Assembly: GCA_963665095.1 (NCBI GenBank)
Contig: OY762069.1
Span: 2,336,001 to 2,400,000 of the forward strand
Origin: an uncultured Desulfobacter sp.
GTDB taxonomy: Bacteria; Desulfobacterota; Desulfobacteria; Desulfobacterales; Desulfobacteraceae
Reading direction: 5' to 3'
DNA length: 64,000 bases
This document shows, piece after piece, positions 59,584 through 64,000 of the stretch. The notes under the pieces are model-generated. The model was not told where the DNA came from, did no database searches, and saw nothing but the letters and a program-made list of their open reading frames with translations. The translations under genes and the position numbers were made by a program. Each line of letters opens with the position of its first letter. The first letter of the stretch is position 1.

Positions 59584-61071
59584 ATGAACCAGCAAAATAC
59601 CTGTGACGCCATACTTGTCCTGCCTCCGGCCGTAGATCGCGTGGCCCGCATCTATCCGGCCCCCCATTTTTTATCCTGTTTTCTCAATGCCACAGGATTT
59701 GCAACAAAAACCGCAGACCTGAACATGGCTGTCCTTATGGCCCTGGCAAAACTGGAACCCGGGAAACAACAGGACTACGCCATTCAACAGCCCCGGGATC
59801 TGATAAACATGGAATTGTCAGGCATCCGGTTTACCCATGTGTTCAGGGATGCATATATGAATATGTTCGGGGCTCTTTACCAGACTGAGGATCTGTCCCT
59901 GGACAATATTCTGGCGCTGGCCAATGACAGGGAGATGAAGATGATGGCTGATTTAATTCAGCCTGATCTTATCCAGGAAATCGTTTCCGCCCGACCCTTC
60001 ATTGTGGGATTTTCCATTCCATTTGCCCAGCAGCTGATCCCTTCAGTAGCCCTGGCCCAGCGACTAAAGGAGCTCATGGACAGGGTGGAAATATGGTTTG
60101 GTGGTCCCATTGTCACCCTGCTGCCCAAATCACTGCGTGATGCAATGCCCGGCCGGCTTCCAGTGGATGCGCTTATTCAATATGAAGGGGAGTACCCCCT
60201 TGCAACCCGTCTTGCAACCATCAAGGCCGGCGGCGTACCAGGTGCCGCCCCCCCCAGGCTGTCCCCCCGGCAGTTGTTCGACTTCAACCGGTTCGAGCCG
60301 GCAGCCCTGACCCATATACCCAAAACAGCCAGCATCCCGGTTCGTCACTCCTCCGGCTGTTACTGGCAGAAGTGTACCTTCTGCGATTATATCAACCTGC
60401 ACCGGGACAAAGTCTACCGGCCCAGAACAGTGGACCGGATCATGGCGGACATCCGGAACTATCTGCAAATGGGATTTCACAACTTCAGGATGCTGTGTGA
60501 GGCCATTCCTCCAGCCCATGCCATGGCCATTGCCAAGGCAATCCTTAAAGAAGCCCCGGGCATCAAATGGCATTCATTCATCAGGGTGGATAAGGGGTTT
60601 ACCCCGGAAATATTCAAGACCCTTAAACAAAGCGGTTTTACCTGCACCGTGGGCATGGAGTCTGCCAGTGATAAAATTCTGGGTGTATTGAACAAGGGAT
60701 ACAATCAGGCCGTCCTGTCCACCTTTATGGATAACATGGCAACAGCGGACTTCGGGGGTAACCACCTGAACATCATGGTCGGCAATCCTGGAGAAACGTA
60801 TGAGGACGCCCGGCATACCCTTGAATTCTGCGCACGGTATAAAAAACTGATCAAGTGGTTCAAACCCTCAAGGTTCACCCTGACTGCGACCTCTTACATG
60901 AGCCAGCACCCCGAACAGTTCGGCATACAAATACACAAAACCCACGGGCACCATGGGACGGATCGGTCCGGGGGACGGCTGACATCCCTTGCATTTGATG
61001 ACCCCAACGGCATGAACAACACTGAGATCAAGGCAATTCTCAAGGGCTATGAATCATTGAACCACCTGTAA
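59584..61071 (+). CDS. B12-binding-type radical SAM protein
   Basis: GFS..F.QQ..., FGGP and EGE in the N-terminal cobalamin-binding-like domain; CYWQKCTFC; GMES; VGNPGET. Confidence 0.82.
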   Translation: MNQQNTCDAILVLPPAVDRVARIYPAPHFLSCFLNATGFATKTADLNMAVLMALAKLEPGKQQDYAIQQPRDLINMELSGIRFTHVFRDAYMNMFGALYQTEDLSLDNILALANDREMKMMADLIQPDLIQEIVSARPFIVGFSIPFAQQLIPSVALAQRLKELMDRVEIWFGGPIVTLLPKSLRDAMPGRLPVDALIQYEGEYPLATRLATIKAGGVPGAAPPRLSPRQLFDFNRFEPAALTHIPKTASIPVRHSSGCYWQKCTFCDYINLHRDKVYRPRTVDRIMADIRNYLQMGFHNFRMLCEAIPPAHAMAIAKAILKEAPGIKWHSFIRVDKGFTPEIFKTLKQSGFTCTVGMESASDKILGVLNKGYNQAVLSTFMDNMATADFGGNHLNIMVGNPGETYEDARHTLEFCARYKKLIKWFKPSRFTLTATSYMSQHPEQFGIQIHKTHGHHGTDRSGGRLTSLAFDDPNGMNNTEIKAILKGYESLNHL

Positions 61072-61270
61072 CCGGCAGAAACTGGATCAGGGATGGCGGT
61101 ACATTAAAATAAAACATCGGGGCAGTTTTTTTTCAAACCTCTTTAATTCTATTATGAATTCCGGTAATACTAAAAAGTTAATTGTTTTCGGGCACGCTTC
61201 ACTGCTTCGCCGTTACGCGGCTGAACTGCTTTGGCGGCCCTTAACCTGCAATAATGAAAGGCGTTAGATC

Positions 61271-61591
61271 ATGTGCAATCATTGTAGTGACCACAGTCAC
61301 GATCACGATCACCATCACCACCATGACCATCCGGAAATTGTTCAACTGATGCCGGTCCAAAACAGCCTGTTTGCTGTTTACCAGACCGAATCCCCCCTGG
61401 AATTCAGCGTTGAAACAGGCAAAAACGGGATCAGCCTTGTTCCGGTGCTCTTCATGGGCTTAATCCGCCATGGGGGAAAAACCATGGTGGAAGGTTTTTT
61501 TGCCTCCAGTGCCATCAACTCCTGCGAGGATACCCACGGGTTCAAGGGGTATGCCTCTTCCCTGGCACATGCTGAAAAACTGTATGCCTGA
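61271..61591 (+). CDS. Small protein with N-terminal CxxC and His-rich tract
   Basis: Begins MCNHCSDHSHDHDHHHHHDH; AAAGG RBS; 106 aa. Confidence 0.75.
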   Translation: MCNHCSDHSHDHDHHHHHDHPEIVQLMPVQNSLFAVYQTESPLEFSVETGKNGISLVPVLFMGLIRHGGKTMVEGFFASSAINSCEDTHGFKGYASSLAHAEKLYA

Positions 61592-61624
61592 ATAGCCCCT
61601 TTTTTGTAACCACTATCGAATAAC

Positions 61625-61659
61625 CTGACGAAGAGAGGCTCTTCGTCAGCGTTTTTTTT
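61625..61659 (+). terminator. Intrinsic terminator-like hairpin
   Basis: Perfect 11-bp stem ctgacgaagag/ctcttcgtcag followed by cg and T8. Confidence 0.7.
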
Positions 61660-61671
61660 GCTTAAGGAGTC

Positions 61672-63525
61672 ATGCACATGCATAAACTGCTGAAAGACTG
61701 CCCCGGAGAAAAGATCATGCTCCTGGGCAACGAAGCCATTGCAAGGGGCGCGGTTGAAGCCGGTGTCGCCTTTGCCACCACATACCCGGGGACCCCGTCT
61801 TCGGAAGTCTCTTTGAACCTGTTCCAGATGTCCAGGGAATCGGATCTCTACTTTGAATATTCCACCAATGAAAAGGTCTCCCTGGAAGTGGCGGCTGCTG
61901 CGGCCAATTCCGGGCTTCGCACCTTTTGCATGATGAAGCATGTGGGGCTGAACGTGGCAGCGGACCCCCTGATGACACTTGCCTATGTGGGGTGTACGGC
62001 AGGTATGGTGATTCTTACAGCCGACGACCCGGCCATGTTCTCCAGCCAGAACGAGCAGGACAACCGCTACTACGCCAAGTTCGGGCATCTTCCCATGCTC
62101 GAGCCATCTTCAGTGGCCGAGGCCAAGGAGATGATCAAACAGGCGTTTGATCTGTCTGAAACCTTGAAGCAGCCGGTGATCCTGCGCACCACCACCCGGA
62201 TTAACCACTCCAATGCCTTTGTCACCTTTGGCGAGATCCGGGAAAGGAAGAGCAAGGGCCGGTTTGAAAAGGATCCCATGCGTTGCGTCACCGTGCCGGC
62301 CGTATCCCGGGGGCTTCATGTCAAGCTTCTGGAACGTATGGGCAAAGCCGCGGTTATGTCCGAAACATCGGATTTCAACTTTGTAACAGGCAACGGCACT
62401 TTGGGTATTGTGACCAATGGTGTCAGTTTTCATTATGCCGAAGATGCCATAAAGGACCTTGGCATTGAATCAAAGGTCAAGATCCTTCGTCCCGGCTTTT
62501 CCAATCCCATGCCCAAGGATAAAATTAAAACGTTTTTGTCAGGCTGTGAAAAGGTGCTGGTGATTGAAGAGGGGGAACCGTTCATGGAAGAGGCTGTCAA
62601 AGCCTTTGCCCAGGAAGCAGGGATCATGATTCCCATCCAGGGAAAAACAGATGCGCTCTTTACTTCCTTAGGGGAGTTTCATCCTGCCCTGGTCCGGGAG
62701 AAGATCGCTTCCTTTTTCGGTATTGACTACACGCCGGACGATAAAATTGACACCACTGATATCCCGGAAATTGCCAATCGTCCCCCAAACCTTTGCTCCG
62801 GCTGTTCCCACAGGGCCACCTTCTATGCCATTAAAAAGGCGGCTGAAGGTCAGGATGTGATTCATCCCAACGATATCGGCTGTTATACCTTAGGGTTTAT
62901 GCCGCCGTTGTCCATCGGGGATTTTGTGGTCTGCATGGGCTCTTCCGTGAGTACCTCCTGCGGCTTCAGTCAGGCCACGGACCAGAAGGTGGTCAGCGTG
63001 GTCGGCGACTCCACCTTTTTTCATTCCGGCATCACAGGGCTTGTCAATGCCGTATTCAACCGCCACAACTTCACCCTGGTGATCCTGGAAAACGGCATCA
63101 CGGCCATGACCGGCCACCAGCCCCATCCGGGTGTGGATATGGAGGTGATGGGCATGTCCGGTTACGGCCGGGTGGATATTGAAAGTCTGGTCAAATCCCT
63201 TGGGGTCGAGCATGTTTCCGTGATCAAGCCCTTTAAGGTGAAAAAAAGCATTGAGACCCTGAAAGAGGCCATGGCCTTTGAGGGCGTCTCTGTGGTCATC
63301 TCCAAGGAGCCCTGTATCCTGTGGGCCAAGAGTCTCAAGCTCAAGAAGCCCAGACCCTTTGAAGTGACGGACAAATGTACGGATCACAAGGAGTGCATTA
63401 ATGGCATTGCCTGCCCCTCCTTCTACATTGAGGCGGGCCGGGTGAAGATTGATGCCGATACCTGTGTTGGCTGTGCGCTTTGCGCCCAGATCTGTCCTGA
63501 AAACGCCATCCGCCCCATGAAATAG
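61672..63525 (+). CDS. iorA: Indolepyruvate ferredoxin oxidoreductase alpha subunit
   Basis: LLGNEAIARG, YPGTPSSE, NEKV, MKHVGLNVAAD, SSQNEQD, DIGCY, GDSTFFH and TAMTGHQ; C-terminal ferredoxin. Confidence 0.96.
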   Translation: MHMHKLLKDCPGEKIMLLGNEAIARGAVEAGVAFATTYPGTPSSEVSLNLFQMSRESDLYFEYSTNEKVSLEVAAAAANSGLRTFCMMKHVGLNVAADPLMTLAYVGCTAGMVILTADDPAMFSSQNEQDNRYYAKFGHLPMLEPSSVAEAKEMIKQAFDLSETLKQPVILRTTTRINHSNAFVTFGEIRERKSKGRFEKDPMRCVTVPAVSRGLHVKLLERMGKAAVMSETSDFNFVTGNGTLGIVTNGVSFHYAEDAIKDLGIESKVKILRPGFSNPMPKDKIKTFLSGCEKVLVIEEGEPFMEEAVKAFAQEAGIMIPIQGKTDALFTSLGEFHPALVREKIASFFGIDYTPDDKIDTTDIPEIANRPPNLCSGCSHRATFYAIKKAAEGQDVIHPNDIGCYTLGFMPPLSIGDFVVCMGSSVSTSCGFSQATDQKVVSVVGDSTFFHSGITGLVNAVFNRHNFTLVILENGITAMTGHQPHPGVDMEVMGMSGYGRVDIESLVKSLGVEHVSVIKPFKVKKSIETLKEAMAFEGVSVVISKEPCILWAKSLKLKKPRPFEVTDKCTDHKECINGIACPSFYIEAGRVKIDADTCVGCALCAQICPENAIRPMK

Positions 63526-63543
63526 CAAGGAGAAAAGGTCGAT

Positions 63544-64000
63544 ATGAAAACATTAAGAATGATTATAGTGGCAGTTGGCGGACAGGGCAATCTTCTGGCT
63601 TCCAAGGTGCTGGGTGAAGCCGCCCTCATCGAGGGGGTGGAGGTAAGGATGAGCGAGATACACGGCATGGCCCAGCGCGGCGGCGTGGTGGAGTCCTCCA
63701 TTATTTTCGGAGATGCCTCATCTTCCATCATTTCCGACGGAGAAGCCGACATTCTGCTGGGGTTTGAACCGGCTGAAACCCTTCGTGCCATTGGCCGCTG
63801 CTCTGCCAGAACAAAAGTCATCACCAACACCGACACCCTGCCGCCCTTTACCGTGGGCATTGGCAAAGGGGCGTACCCTGAGGTGGATGAGATTAAACGG
63901 GTACTCAAGGAGAAAACCGCAGGGCTGGTGGCCATTGACGCCATGGCCCTGGCCCGGGAAGCAGGGTCTCCCATGAGTGTTAATATGGTGCTGCTCGGTG
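63544..64000 (+). CDS. iorB: Indolepyruvate ferredoxin oxidoreductase beta subunit (runs off window end)
   Basis: Translated by hand: MKTLRMIIVAVGGQGNLLAS...SEIHGMAQRGGVV; follows iorA. Confidence 0.93.
   Translation, partial: MKTLRMIIVAVGGQGNLLASKVLGEAALIEGVEVRMSEIHGMAQRGGVVESSIIFGDASSSIISDGEADILLGFEPAETLRAIGRCSARTKVITNTDTLPPFTVGIGKGAYPEVDEIKRVLKEKTAGLVAIDAMALAREAGSPMSVNMVLLG

Noticed and set aside
61271..61330. His-attenuator leader peptide
   Set aside because: The His run starts a 106-aa ORF, lies about 300 nt from the hairpin, and no his genes follow.

Overview
64-kb chromosomal window from what looks like an anaerobic sulfate-reducing deltaproteobacterium (Desulfobacteraceae-like; inferred from gene content, not verified). 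It holds about 45 CDS. Housekeeping and metabolic genes include glyQS, hrpA, ybaK, ccdA, copZ-copA, iorAB, a YvcK-family gene and XdhC/MocA-type Mo-cofactor accessory genes. There is a four-gene signalling cluster (Cache, PAS and PocR kinases), a 2-hydroxyacid module (GlcD-like, larA, TRAP) and several accessory loci. The best candidates for under-described systems are: (1) a TonB-receptor/ABC uptake operon containing a truncated TiaS-like (DDTD) enzyme with no apparent tRNA-binding domains; (2) an AT-rich TpsA - signal-peptide TPR/CHAT caspase-like protease - TpsB locus; (3) a GlxA regulator divergent from an Fe-S protein plus QueG-like cobalamin reductase pair; (4) a B12-type radical SAM gene next to a His-rich small protein. 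A ~165-bp palindromic MITE/REP-like element supplies the copA stop codon. I found no CRISPR array, tRNA, rRNA, transposase or integrase. All family calls come from motif recognition by eye; no database searches were run.
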